Part shown: positions 12,367 to 25,106 of the stretch, one piece after another | Numbering within the stretch: position 1 is the first letter of the stretch | Layout: each line of letters opens with the position of its first letter | From: Octopus bimaculoides | Lineage: Eukaryota | Direction: 5' to 3' | Assembly (NCBI RefSeq): GCF_001194135.2 | Contig: NC_068981.1 | Coordinates: 516,357 to 580,295, forward strand | Length of the DNA stretch: 63,939 bases | The notes under the pieces: model-generated | What the model saw: only the letters and a program-made list of their open reading frames with translations | What the model was told of the DNA's origin: nothing | The model's database searches: none | Position numbers and translations under genes: made by a program

Positions 12367-13899
12367 NNNNNNNNNNNNNNNNNNNNNNNNNNNNNNNNNN
12401 NNNNNNNNNNNNNNNNNNNNNNNNNNNNNNNNNNNNNNNNNNNNNNNNNNNNNNNNNNNNNNNNNNNNNNNNNNNNNNNNNNNNNNNNNNNNNNNNNNNN
12501 NNNNNNNNNNNNNNNNNNNNNNNNNNNNNNNNNNNNNNNNNNNNNNNNNNNNNNNNNNNNNNNNNNNNNNNNNNNNNNNNNNNNNNNNNNNNNNNNNNNN
12601 NNNNNNNNNNNNNNNNNNNNNNNNNNNNNNNNNNNTATATATATATATATGTACACCCCCCCCCCCACACACACATAGACCTTCACTCGCGCACACTCAT
12701 TCACATTTACTCACTCACCTGCACACATGCTGACTCAAACGTACAAACACTCTCATAGATACCACCCCGAGCATACACACATTATCTCACTGACGTAAAC
12801 ACAGCGAGAATATTATTGATAAAGAAAACCAGAGAAGTATCCACCTTCTGGTGAAAATATTTCAAATATTGATACGGTAAATAAAACTGTCCTCATTGAA
12901 TCTATCATTTCTACTGATGTAGACAAATATTGGAAATAAGTAAAGAAGGAGAAGAAAAAAAAAACCAGCCTTCAAATTTGTTTTTAGTCATTGGTGCACA
13001 AACTTAAATAATTGAATATTTATACCTTTGTTAAAGAAGAGATGTTGCTATTAGATGAAGAAAGAAGAAGGACAATAAAAATTTTACTGTTTTGTTGCAA
13101 GATATTTGGAGAAATATATTTGCTTCAGATATGCAACATATGAGTCAATATATTTACTTTTGTGTGAGTTTCACTAGAAGATGATTTTGTTGAATTACAT
13201 CCTATAAAAAGCTGAAGCATAACTTGTATTTTCATCATCGTTTTGATGTCCACTTTTCTATGCTGGCATTGGTCAAAAATAAACCTATTGAAGCAGTACT
13301 TCTCTATGGCTTGACGCTCTGCTTGTCACCGACTGTCACCCATTTCCAAGTGAGGTACTTTTCCTGGTGGTCTTTCGAACAATGAACAGCTCAATGCTAG
13401 ACATGTTTTCGTGACAGATCATAAACAATTACGCCTTGGTATAAACAGTGAGCTTATTTATATGCTGTACGCAAACATCAAGACAAGAGGTAAACACAAA
13501 GACACTCTTTAAATGCTTAAAATATTGCGTACATCAAAAAGTCGACGGTTTCTTTTTTTTTTCTTAAAGAGTGTGAAGGCTATGTGTTTGTGTGTGTATG
13601 TCACAGATAGTGGATGTGTGTTTGTGTTGGTTGACATGCCATGACATTCATTATGTGTGTGTATTCTTGTATGTGTGTTTGTCTGTTGAAGTCACGGAAG
13701 CCATGTATTTTTTTCATCAAGAAATAACAAAAATTGTTTAATTGTCTAAATAGAGGTCCAAATGTCACAAAAATTTCTACTGCACTGCCGAAGGTAAGTA
13801 TGAAAATAAATATATAAAAAAAAAGATAAAATATACATTTTCTACACTATTTCAGTTACACACAAAATTCCCTAGAGTTTTAGTGTTATCAAGATAGGG

Positions 13900-14262
13900 G
13901 CACAAGTGTAGCTGTGTGGTAAGAAGCTTGGTTCCCAAGCACATGGTTCAGGGTTCAGTCCTACCACATGGCACATTGGGCAAGTGTCTTCTACTATAGC
14001 CTCAGACCAAACAAAACCTTGTCAGGTGATTTGGGAGATGGAAAGTAAAAGAAGCCTGTTATAAACACTTGTGTGTTTGTGTTTCTAACCCACAGGTGTT
14101 GGTTTGTCTACATCCCTGTAGCTGAGTGGTTCAGCAAAGGAACCTAATACAATAAGTACCAGGCTTGGAAAAAAAAATATTTGAGTCAATTTCTTTGACT
14201 AAAATGTTTTTCAATACAGTGCCCCAGTATGGCTACAGTCCAATGACTGCAACAAAAAACAA
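13900..14262 (+). mobile_element. SINE family B
   Basis: Head, body and tail, diverged. Confidence 0.72.
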
Positions 14263-14263
14263 A

Positions 14264-14294
<31 letters not shown>

Positions 14295-14295
<1 letters not shown>

Positions 14296-14950
14296 CATCA
14301 TCATCATCATCATCATTTAACGTCTGCTTTCCATGCTGGCATAAGTGGGACAATTTGACTGAGAACTGGCTGCACCAGGCTCCAATCTGATCTGGCAGAA
14401 TTTCTACAGCCGGATGCCCTTCCTAATGCCAACCACTGCGAGTGTAGTGGGTGCTTTTATGTGCCACCGGCATGAGGGCCAGTCAAGTAGTACTGGCAGC
14501 GGCCACACTCAAATGGTGTTTTTTATGTGCCACCTGCACAAGAGCCAGTCCGGCAGCACCGGCAACGACCGTGCTCGAATATTTTATCACATGCCATTGG
14601 CACAAGTGCCAGTAAGGCGATGCTGGTAACGATCACACTCGAATGGTGCCTTTTACGTGCCACCGGCACCGAAGCCAGTCAGCTGCTCTGGCAACGATCA
14701 TGCTCGGATGGTGTCAGTCATCAAATTTGATTTCGATTTCACTTGCCTCAACAGGTCTTTGCAAGCAGAGTTTAGTGCCCAATGAAGGAAAGGTTTGCAT
14801 AAGTGGGTTGGTTACACCCCTAGCATAGGCCACAGGTTATGGTCTCACTTGGCTTACCTGGTCTTCTCAAGCACAACATTTCCAAAGGTCTCAGTCACTC
14901 GGTGAGGCCTAATGTTCGAAGGTCGTGCTTCACTACTTCATCCCAGGTCT
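14295..14950 (-). mobile_element. RTE LINE 3' end including the ORF C-terminus
   Basis: Minus strand encodes RPRKTWDEVVKHDLRTLGLTE (RTE-clade C-terminal motif), then 3'UTR units, core and (GAT)n tail. Confidence 0.82.
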
Positions 14951-15664
14951 TCCTGGGTCTATAAATATATAATATCCACACACACACACACACACACACA
15001 TAAATGCATGTATAAGAATATATATTGTCACTTGTATACATGTGTGTTGACTTTTATTATTGCCACATTGTTGATATAAAGAAGATAGAAATAGGAAAGT
15101 AATAAAAGCCACTTGAGCATGAAAAGCTGGAGATAAATATATTTATTCAATATTTTCACTTCGTGAGTAACGTAATCATGGACTGAAAAATCTGAAATGA
15201 GAATTAGAAGTAAACAGCAACGAAAAGCAAATCTATTATAAAATGTGTTGCTTATATGTTAAGGAGGCCATATTTATTCAATGTCTGAAAACTGCAAATT
15301 AATAAATACCAAGAACCTCTTGACTGTCAAAAATTAATTGCTCAGATTTTAATATTGTTGAAGCTCACACATCATTCCTTGTGGTTTGCTTCTCATTTTA
15401 AAACCATCAGCTTACAATTAAGGCTTGTTAAAGTCACTGTTGAATAAATTGATTTTTCTCTGACTTTGGTTTGTCCTATGGCTTTTGTTGCCTTCATACG
15501 TCTGTACTGAACTGACAGTACACTATGTTGATATGCACATACCACCGTCACCGTGTATGTGTCTTTTACTTGTTTCAGTCATTAGACTGTGGCCATGCCA
15601 GGGCACTACCACGAAGAACTTTAGTCAAACATATCAACCCCAGAGCTTATTTTTTTCTTTTTTT

Positions 15665-15950
15665 GTCTTGCAAGTACTTGGTCACCCTGTCAGTGCAGGT
15701 GCCACCCAGTCCACACTGTAAAATGGTTGGCATTTGGAAGGGAATCCAGCTGTAAAAACCTTGCCAAAACTGACCTCGCCTATGCTTGTGCCAAGTAAAA
15801 AGCACTCGGTCCACTCTCCTGAGTGGTTGGTGATAGGAAGGGCATCAAAACAGTTATAGAAGTCTAGTGCAGGCTTCTGCCTGGCCGGCTCTTGTCAAAC
15901 CATCCCACCCATGCCAGCATGGAAGGCAGACATTAAACAATGATAATGAT
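15665..15950 (+). mobile_element. RTE LINE 3' end nested in a SINE
   Basis: Core and tail, diverged. Confidence 0.7.
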
Positions 15951-16114
15951 GTATTTATTCTATCAGTCTCTTTTTGCCAAACCACTAAGTTTCAGGGACG
16001 CAAACACACCAACACTGGTTGTCAAGCAGTGGTAGTGGGACAAACACTGACACAAGGACACATGCATATACATATATATATATANNNNNNNNNNNATATA
16101 TATTTATATATATA

Positions 16115-16375
16115 ATGTTGACCAGTAAAGTGGACATTTAATGTGCTAGAAATAGACCACATGTTGTGTCTACTAAGACCTAGTAGTTCTCAAAAGAAAT
16201 TCAGCGAAATACCAAACCGTAGGCAAGCAAGACATTGAAAATTACATATATAAAATTAAGACATTGTTATTCACGGACCAGGTTTCGGAGTTAAAAATCT
16301 CTTTCCGAGAAAATCTGCCCCTCTTCAGCGCGAACTGCAAGACAGTTATAATTCTCAGAATCTTATACAAGTTGT
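16115..16375 (-). mobile_element. Hammerhead-bearing insertion (Penelope-like pLTR or retrozyme-like fragment)
   Basis: Unique ~260 bp segment splitting a SINE at its (TA)n; contains the hammerhead motif; class assignment is inference. Confidence 0.5.
16270..16334 (-). ncRNA. Type I hammerhead ribozyme motif with canonical core
   Basis: Minus strand UUCGCG-CUGAAGA-GGGG...CUCC-GAAA-CCUG-GUC-CGUGAA: 6-bp stem I, canonical core, stem II, short stem III (ACC/GGU), GUC cleavage triplet. Confidence 0.75.
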
Positions 16376-16542
16376 TTACGGCAGGCTTTTTACAGTTTCC
16401 ATCCACCAGATCCACTCACAAAGCTTTGGTTAGCCTGAGACTATAGTAGAAGACATGTGTTCAAGGTAACATGGAGAGGGACTGAACCCAAAACCATGTA
16501 GCTGGGAAGCAAACTTCTCACCACACAGCCACACCTGACACG

Positions 16543-16930
16543 CATCATCATCATCATCATTATCATCGTTTAACATCTACTTTCCATGTTGGTAAGGGTT
16601 GGATGGTTTGACTGCGAGAGTGTAGTGGGTACTTTTTACGTACCACTGGCACAGGTGCCAGTCATGTGACACTGGCATTGGTCACACTTGTATGGTGTTT
16701 TTTTATGTGCCACCAGCATGGGAGCCAGTCAGGCAGCACTGGCATCGGTCACGCTCAGACGGTGCCTTTTGTGTGCCACTAACACAGGGGCCAGTCAGGT
16801 GGCATTGGCATCGACCATGCTCGAAGGCTTTTTACATACCACTGGCACAGGTGCCAGCCAGGCAGAATTGGCATCTGTCACACTCGAATAGTGGTTTTTA
16901 TGTGCCAGTCAGGTGGCACTGGCATCAGTC
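16543..16930 (-). mobile_element. RTE LINE 3' end with internal deletion
   Basis: (CAT)n, tail and several tandem units; core missing. Confidence 0.7.
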
Positions 16931-17244
16931 ACATATTTATCAAAATTTTATAACTGGCACTCTGTTGGCTATATTAGTTGTACGATATAAAGTTCCTGTT
17001 ATAAAGTGGTTTAAATTAAAACTTTCCATCAATTTATGTTCCAAACCCTACCTTAATCATGTCACTTATTTCACCAAATTCTTTTTCAAAATTAATTGAA
17101 ATAAAGACAGAGTTTTTCAAAAGCTCAAATTCAACAGAATTTTTGGTGACAAAAGAGTCAAATTTAGTAACAAAAAAGTTAAATTTGGTCTCCCAAATTG
17201 TACTGAGTTTCAAAGTTTAGCTTTCAGATCACTTTGTTAAATGT

Positions 17245-17410
17245 AATGCATATTTACATTATTTACATTTGACGGATATTTGTCCTCATCTTGTTTGTTG
17301 TCGATGAAGGCAGGAGGGTATATCAGCTGAAACGTTGTGTTAACAACAAACAAGTTGAGGACAAATATCCGTCAAATGTAAATAATGTACATAATTCCTC
17401 ATCTCTTAAA
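17245..17410 (+). mobile_element. Penelope-like fragment with inverted arms
   Basis: 46-bp inverted arms around gatgaaggcag...cagctgaaacgtt, a decayed hammerhead-like motif. Confidence 0.55.
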
Positions 17411-17489
17411 TATAGAACTGCAAATGCGTATTCATTCACATTATTTTGGATTGACACCATATTATCTTGAGGCTTTGAGATTTCACTGA

Positions 17490-17715
17490 TATCATCATCA
17501 TCATCATTTAACATCCTCCTTCCATGCTGGCATGGATTGGATGGTTTGACAGGAGCTAGCCAGGAAGGGACCTGCACCATACTTCTGTATCTGTTTTAGC
17601 ATGGTTTTTACAGCTGGATGCCCTTCCAAATGCCAACCACTTTACAGTGTGGACAGGGTGCTTTTTAAGTGGTGCCAGCACTGGCAGGGTCACCAAGTAC
17701 TTGCAAGACTAGGAA
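17490..17715 (-). mobile_element. RTE LINE 3' end nested in a MITE
   Basis: (CAT)n, tail and core. Confidence 0.7.
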
Positions 17716-19220
17716 TCTTTGAGAGGGGTAGGGACATTGGAGGAGGTGATCTTGTGTCAGATGATGTGATTGTATATTTTTACAATGACATTATAGGGTA
17801 GGTGTGAGAGGCAAGATATGACCAGTTTGAATATAAATCAGATAGAATGTTTGGGCCAGATTTGGCTGGTTTGAATGCTAAATGGTTAAGGCATGCTAAT
17901 TTTTGCAAAATTCAGTTTTTGGCACATTAATTACTTGGTCAATTATTTTCTCATCCGTATGTCTTTCTGAATCTTGATCCACCCATGGAGCCTGTTGATA
18001 GCTAGGCAAACTGCATCAGTAATTAGCATTTAATGGCTATGGGAAATTACCTGGGGATGCCATCTGCATGTAACACAAATGCTGAGTACTTGTATGATAT
18101 AGTGAGGAAAAAGAACATTAATTACTTTGCATTGAGAAGGAAACTTTGGCTCAGTCATCATTATGAATGTTAATTAAATCTGATCAAAGCAAAGGGATGA
18201 CAACTTTTGCAATTTTAATTAATTAAAATTTGAATTTTGACGCATAGCAAGGAAATAAAAAGCAATCAGCTCTCGGACTAATTTTAATACATGATCTTAG
18301 ATAAACATGGTGGCAACTCAAAATGTGTTTTGATGTAACTAACCCTTTTTTTATGATTGGAAGTCCCTTCCATTAAAGCAATGAAACAAGCCTCAAACAT
18401 CTGCTGAGTTTGATGGATGTAACTAAAGAAGATAAAGAAAAAAACTGCCCTAAAATATCATGAAATTATTGATACAATATTGAAAATAATTGATATTTTA
18501 TCTATCAGGGAAAGAAGGATGGGGAAAGTTCCATAAGGCATTGGCATAGTTGTATGGGTTTAGAAGCCTATGTTGCAACTGTGTGGTTTTGGGGTTAGCC
18601 CCACGGTAAAGGACCTTGGACAAGTCTTCCATTATGTTCCCAGGCCAATCAATGCCTAACGAGTGAATTTCATAGAAGGAAACTGTGTGGAATCCCATCA
18701 TGTATATGTATGTGTGTGCTTGTGTTTTCTCTCCAAACCACTGCTTGACAACCAGTGTTAGTTTGGTGATGTCCCCCATAACTTAGCAGTCTGGAAAAAG
18801 AAAACAACAGAATAAATACCAGATTTAAATCTAAGTACAAGGGCCAATTTGTTTAATTAAACTCTTGAAAGTGGTGCTCCAGCGTTCGTTGCAGTCTAAC
18901 GGCTGAAACAAGTGAAAGATAAAAGAAAGCATATCTGTGTGGAAAGAAACCACTGAAATAGAGGGCGGAAACTCTTACTAGAGAAGACAACAATGGTGAA
19001 AGGATGAGTTGTAGTAGAACGATGAGTTACTTCTTGAGGAGGGAGAGGAGGAGAAATATATTTTGGCTGAACAATGACCATGAGGGTATTAATAGAATAA
19101 AGAAGCAACATAAACGTAGATTCTGTGTGAATTAAGAAATGGTGGTGACTGAGATTTTCTAAAGAGAATTATGAGCCTTCATTGTATGTTGACAATAGAA
19201 AATAGACTATTATTAGGGCA

Positions 19221-20400
19221 CTAGCTGAACGACTCAGTGTTACCCAGGTTACTGCTGTTCTTATTCAGATTAGTAAACAATAAATATAAAAATATATTCT
19301 CATAATTATTTCAAAATATCTATGTTTTATTTTTAAATATCCAAATTGGAATGATAATAGAATTTCGATCTGAAAAATCAGTCAATGTTGAATCACCTCA
19401 GGGTAAACAATATTCATTGTATAATTTTTTGTTGGTGTCGAAATGAATAAATTGTTGCTGCTTCCAAGTCGTGAGCAAGCAACATAGAGTTGGCTGTAGG
19501 AGAAACATGTAGCGGAGTGATTAAGTTCAACTACCTTGAGGGACTGACCCTGAGATATGTTAATTGAAATACCGAAACTTATTTTGACTGGAAACTGAAG
19601 CATCTTAAATTCAAACGGAACATCTGTAAGTTTGAGAGGCATTTTTGGAATAAAGACATTTTCTCCTTTGTGACTACCTGTTATGACTATTTTTGGAATA
19701 AAGACATTTTCTCCTTTGTGACTACCTGTTATGACTATTGCCTGTAGGACATGGAGCTTCATGGAAGTAACAATTGAGTTCCATTCCACAGGTGAGATGG
19801 GTCAAGATTCCTAAGCAACATAATCGAAGCATCCAGTTTTAGTGTTGAGTTATGTGGTGGCTTCCCAATAGCTTTAAGTGTGTTCAAAATTTCAACAGGG
19901 TATTGAACAACCTGATCTTGATCAACTGTTGTCAGTCAATCAAAAAGTCATTTCTGATGTATCTGTTAACTTTTGAAGAAGTTCATGATTGAGTTTATCA
20001 ACCATTTCATTACTTGGGGCCAGTATACCTCTTTCACATAACCAGTTTACATCAGTGTAATTGACAAATAAATTAGGAAATACTTTATCCATAAGATCCC
20101 TAAGAGAAAGTATCATTTGATCGCATGTAATTTCATGTAGCTGGAGTCTTGAGTTGAATGTTGATATCCCATTACCAATGTTAAGAAGCTTGTATGATCA
20201 TCTTGTAGAAGTACTCTCATGTTGCTTGCAAGATGAAGTTTTTTCCCATGTCTCCAAAGGTACGACCTTTGTAAGCATGCATTGACCTCATCAGCTTTTG
20301 ACCCTTTGCGGATGAATGGCAATGGTTTAATGAAAATCCCCTGCAAGAAGAACTGTTGCTCCTCTCGTGAGCATGCTATTGTTTCTTATGTTTTGGAGGG
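19221..20400 (-). mobile_element. Helitron 3' remnant with PIF1-type helicase pseudo-ORF
   Basis: LQFPVKISFGISINISQGQSLKVV...QLYVACSR, IMLLRNLD and KGSKADEVNACL; CTAG end at 19221-19224 with an imperfect hairpin before it. Confidence 0.88.
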
Positions 20401-20519
20401 TACAATCAAGTACCTCTAGAGCTCCATGATGTGACATGTGCACTCATTCCAAACAAGGCAAGTTTGTTGGAGAACTGTTGCCATTGCAGAGTTTTTGGAA
20501 ATGTTGCACATCTGGTGTT

Positions 20520-20786
20520 AGTATCATGAAATGCTCTGCTAATGGTGCCATGTAAAATGTTCTGGTGTTACATAAAAAGCACTGGTGATGGTGCCATGTT
20601 AAAAGCAGTTGTGCTGGTGCCACATAAACCACACCCAGTACACTCTAAAGAGTGACTGGCATTAGGAAGGGCATCCAGATGTAGAGACCATGCCAAAACA
20701 CACAATGGAATCTGGTGCAGCTCTTGTCAAACCATCCAACCCATGCCAGCATGGAAAATGGATGCTAGATGATGATGATGATGATG
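20520..20786 (+). mobile_element. RTE LINE 3' end
   Basis: Degenerate units, core, (GAT)n. Confidence 0.7.
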
Positions 20787-22149
20787 TCCTCTATTAAAGA
20801 AAACTAAATTACATCAGAAGCAGACAAAACCCCTCCAACACTGGACAGTGAGAATGCTAGATACACATTTCTGCTTGTATCAGTGATGATGACTTTTTTC
20901 TTGGCGTACAATTGCCAATGAGACCATGCTATTGACAAAGCTCAAAGAGGCAGAAATGCGCATCTAGCATTCACTGCCAAAGCTGGATATTTTCATCTGC
21001 TACTTATATATTTTTATGTTTTTAAACACAGGAAGTCCATAAGAAGTATTATCTCTGCACAAATACCACACTTAATTAGGCTTTCTGTGATGTATTTGTA
21101 TTAAGCAAGATACACAAGTGTCTTTAGGAATATCATTTTTAAAACACAAAGCATCAAAGAAATTAACTATAAACACTTAAGTGAGGAGAAAAATATAAGC
21201 AATATCAGTAAATGTTTGCTATTATATTTTTTAAATTATTTTAAGAAGCATGGAAGATAATTGTGGATATGTTTTGACATTATTGTAGCCGCAACAGTAA
21301 GGCATCTACTTCACCACATTTGTTAAAGTAATGTTTATAGAATCACTGAGTAAATGTGTACAAGATTATACATTAGTTGGCACAGAGAAACAGAGTTGTT
21401 TAGAGAGTAAATAACTCAGAGGCACCATCTGCATCAGAAAGTTAGTGCCAATGTTTAATGCAGTGAGCATTAAAAAAGGAAAGAAGAAGAAATGATCATG
21501 TTGTGAAGAGAATGTAATATTCGCCAATGGCTATTGTTGTTTTAATTATTTAGGTAACCAAGGGAGACAATATCAGACATAATTTGGTTTTATTATGGCC
21601 TCATCAGTATAGCATAAACATCACTGTATTTATCAAAGTAACATTATACTCATTGCTCTAGAGTACAATAAATGACTCTGATAAGATTTCAATTCCTGAT
21701 AAAGGGAAACAAATACCCTCGCAGCCATTGCATCTCATTAACATGCATGATAGACGGAGAGAGTTTATTTTGATTTAGGAATTCAAATGATTTAACATTT
21801 AATGGTATTTCATCTGAAATTAATTAACAAAAATCTTAAGTCTATATCGTTTATTGGTAATTAGTGGAGGCTTTAAGTCTATGGCATTGTTGATAATTGA
21901 GGCGTTAAGTCTATATCGTTATTGGTTAATTATCTAGATCATTAGAAGTGATAATGAAAAATCCTATTTAAATCTTGACGACTGTTATATATTGAGTGTT
22001 AAATGCTAAAAACAAGCTTGTGTGTGTATGTGTGTGTGTGTGTATTTACACATACATGTATATAAATATAGATTATCCAGACTAATGAAAAGTATGTAAA
22101 TCTTGAAAACTGCCATATATTGTGTGTTAAAAAGGATCCCTACAAAACA

Positions 22150-22520
22150 CAGATAAATAGGTGTATGTGTAGCAAGAAGTTTGCTTCCCAAGCACATGGA
22201 TCCAGGTTCAGTCCCACTGCATGGAACCTTGGGCAAGTCTCTTCTACTATAGTCTCATGTCAACCAAAACCTTGTGAATGAATTTGGCAGACCGAAACTG
22301 AAAGAAGTCTGTAAGTGTGTGTGTGTGTACCTGTGTTTGTCCCCAGCACTGCTTAACAACTGGTGTTGATGTGTTTACATCCCCATAACTTAGCAGTTTG
22401 TCAAAAAGAGACCAACAGAATAAGTATGGGGGGGGAGGGTCCATCCATTCGACTAAAAATCTTTCAAGGTGGTGCCCCAGCATGGCCGTAGTCTGATGAC
22501 TGGAACCAGTAAATGGTAAA
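22150..22520 (+). mobile_element. SINE family B
   Basis: Head, body and tail. Confidence 0.72.
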
Positions 22521-22790
22521 AAATGTGTCTATCCAGAGAGAAAGATTATCGACAAACTGGAGAGCAGAAATGAAGAAATGTTTTATTTTAAGAACTACTA
22601 AACATTTTAGAGTTGTTATTCAGATGATGATGATGATGACGACAACAACGATGATGATGACAGCAACGATGTATATACATGATGAATATTAGCATTCTTC
22701 ATTTTAGCTTCAGCTGCATTAGAAGCTGCTTATTTCATTTCTTTGTAATCATTTTTGCACTAATATTGTATTTTACTTTCAATGTTGCAG

Positions 22791-22854
22791 CCTAAAGAAT
22801 TCTGCTGAATTGATCGTATCGTCCTTCTTAGAATCTCAATTTGCCAATCACACA
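22791..22854 (+). CDS. STK36: STK36 internal exon (LKNSAELIVSSFLESQFANHT)
   Basis: gttgcag| acceptor, |gtaagt donor, 64 nt, phase 2-0, restores frame between the 7358 and 28895 exons. Confidence 0.78.
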
Positions 22855-23994
22855 GTAAGTAAAAAAAAAAAAAAGAAAAAAGAATGGATAAATGATTGAT
22901 ATTCTTTAGTAATCATCTTCGTTTGCTATTTATTCTGGTGACTTATATCCGTGACTTTAAAATTGTCTCAGCAATCCAGCCTTCTGAGAAGTGAATTTGC
23001 CTGCTTAGAAATAGATGCAAAGTGGAGGCAGTGATACAGGTTTAATATACAGTAGTGTTTCTCACTTGAAAATGCATTAACTAGGATAATATCATATATA
23101 CATTACACACACACAAACACACACACTCTCTCTCTCTCTTGTTCTCTCCTTAATTTCTCGGATGCTTTCTCTGTGCATGTGTGTGGTATTTCTAAACGAT
23201 TGTCTCATCTTCATACCGAGACTCTTGAGCACTTGGCAGTCTATGTTTCCGTTCTCAGGTCTGTTGTGTAAAATACGGAACTACATACTTGCAACACATT
23301 GAGGCCTGGAAGGCCTTTAACTTCCAGATATGAGGGAAAAGGTTGGAGTAGAGCAGGTTCTTGTTGTAGAGGAGCTACATGGCTGCACACACACACACAC
23401 ACACACCTCTGACCATCTCCTTCTATGTTTTGCTCCAACCCCTATACTCTTGCAAACTTTATCCCACCCCATCTCCCTCTCTCTAACCCTTTCATCCCTC
23501 CCCTATCTACTGTATTATTCTGCTGCTCATCACTCTTTCTATACTGCCAGTCATCACTTCCTCTCTCCTGAGCCATTTCTATTAACATTCATCCCATATT
23601 CTTATCACCACTCCTCCACACCTCAATTCAATACCCCCCCCACACACACACACACCATTCATTACATTTACTCCTACCCCTATTCCGAATCATCTCTCAC
23701 TCTTCCTCCCAACTCTCTTGCAGCCTTTTACTCACCCTTCCTGGTCTTTTAATTCCATGCTCCCTTCTATTCTCCCCTTCAAACCAATCACTTTCCTTCC
23801 TATCACTTCCTTTCTCTGTAAACCTTGACCCTGGTGTAAACCCTTGTCAATCCAACTTATGGTGTTCACCATCTGATACAAGAACTTTCTAGGGGACTAG
23901 CGAAGCCACAACAATGATAAACAGCATTGAAGTCAAAGAGAACCATAACTGTCTGTTGTTGATTGGAGTGTCTTTGTCGAAGAAATAGTTAAAG

Positions 23995-24365
23995 TGTAGT
24001 CATGGCACTTCATTGGTTACGACGACGAGGGTTCCAGTTGATCCGATCAACGGAACAGCCTGCTCATGAAATTAACGTGCAAGTGGCTGAGCACTCCACA
24101 GACATGTGTACCCTTAACGTAGTCCTTGGGGATATTCAGTGTGACACAGAGTGTGACAAGGCTGGCCCTTTGAAGTACAGGTACAACAGAAACAGGAAGT
24201 AAGAGTGGAAGAGTGCAGCAGGGTTCGCCACCAGCCCTTGCTGGAGCCTCATGGAGCTTTTAGGTGTTTTCGCTCAATAAACACTCACAATGGTCTGGGA
24301 ATCGAAACCATGATCCTACGACCATGAGTTCGCTGCCCTAACCACTGGGCCATTGCACCTCCACT
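23995..24365 (-). mobile_element. tRNA-derived SINE family D with a different 3' half
   Basis: Same tRNA-like head as 6347. Confidence 0.7.
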
Positions 24366-24735
24366 GTTAAAGTGTAAAGAATGCGTTTATACAGTATTTG
24401 TCTGGGCAGAATCTGCATTAGTTTGGCCTGGCATGTTGATCTCTTACCATTTTGAAGTGACTGAGAACTGATTTTCAGGAAACCTTTGGCAGCAGTGCCA
24501 ATCACACTGTGATATCCCTGTATTTATTATATTCCATACAATTGATTTTATAAAAAAAAAAAAAAAATAATAATAATACAAGTATGGCTGTGTTATTAAG
24601 AAATTTGCTTTGCAACCACAAGGTTTTGGGATCAATCTCGTGTGTGGTGCCTTTTGTTATGGCCTGGAGCTAACCAAAAATCAAGGGAGGAGATGTAGCA
24701 AATGAAAACTGGAAAAGACACCCATCATGTGTGTG

Positions 24736-25106
24736 ATCATCATCATTTAATGTCCATTTTCCATGCTGGCATGGGTTGGATGGTTTGACAAGAGCCGCAC
24801 CAGGCTCCAGTTGTCTGTTTTAGAATGGTTTCTACAGCTGGATGCTCTTCCTGATGCCAACCACTTTACTGAGTGTAGTGGCTGCTTTTTGCATGGCACC
24901 TGTGTGGGGGCTTTTTACACAGCACCAGCACAAGCGCATTTTACATGGCACTATTTACACCCACCACACTCTGTAGAGTGATTGGTGTTAGGAAGGGCAT
25001 CCAGCCATAGAAACCAAGTCAAAACAGGCTATGGAAACTGGTGCAGTTCCCCAGCTTACTGGTTCCAGTCTAATCAGCTAACCCATGCCAGAATGGAAAA
25101 CAGAAG
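24736..25106. mobile_element. Head-to-head pair of RTE 3' ends
   Basis: Minus copy ~24736-24950 followed directly by plus copy ~24955-25106. Confidence 0.7.

Larger units (their letters stand above)
15560..16537 (-). mobile_element. SINE family B with two nested insertions
   Basis: Tail ~15560-15660, body ~15955-16085, head ~16376-16537. Confidence 0.7.

Noticed and set aside
19382-19789. PIF1-like helicase ORF as a host gene
   Set aside because: Frameshifted upstream, intronless and ends at a Helitron CTAG terminus; a transposon remnant
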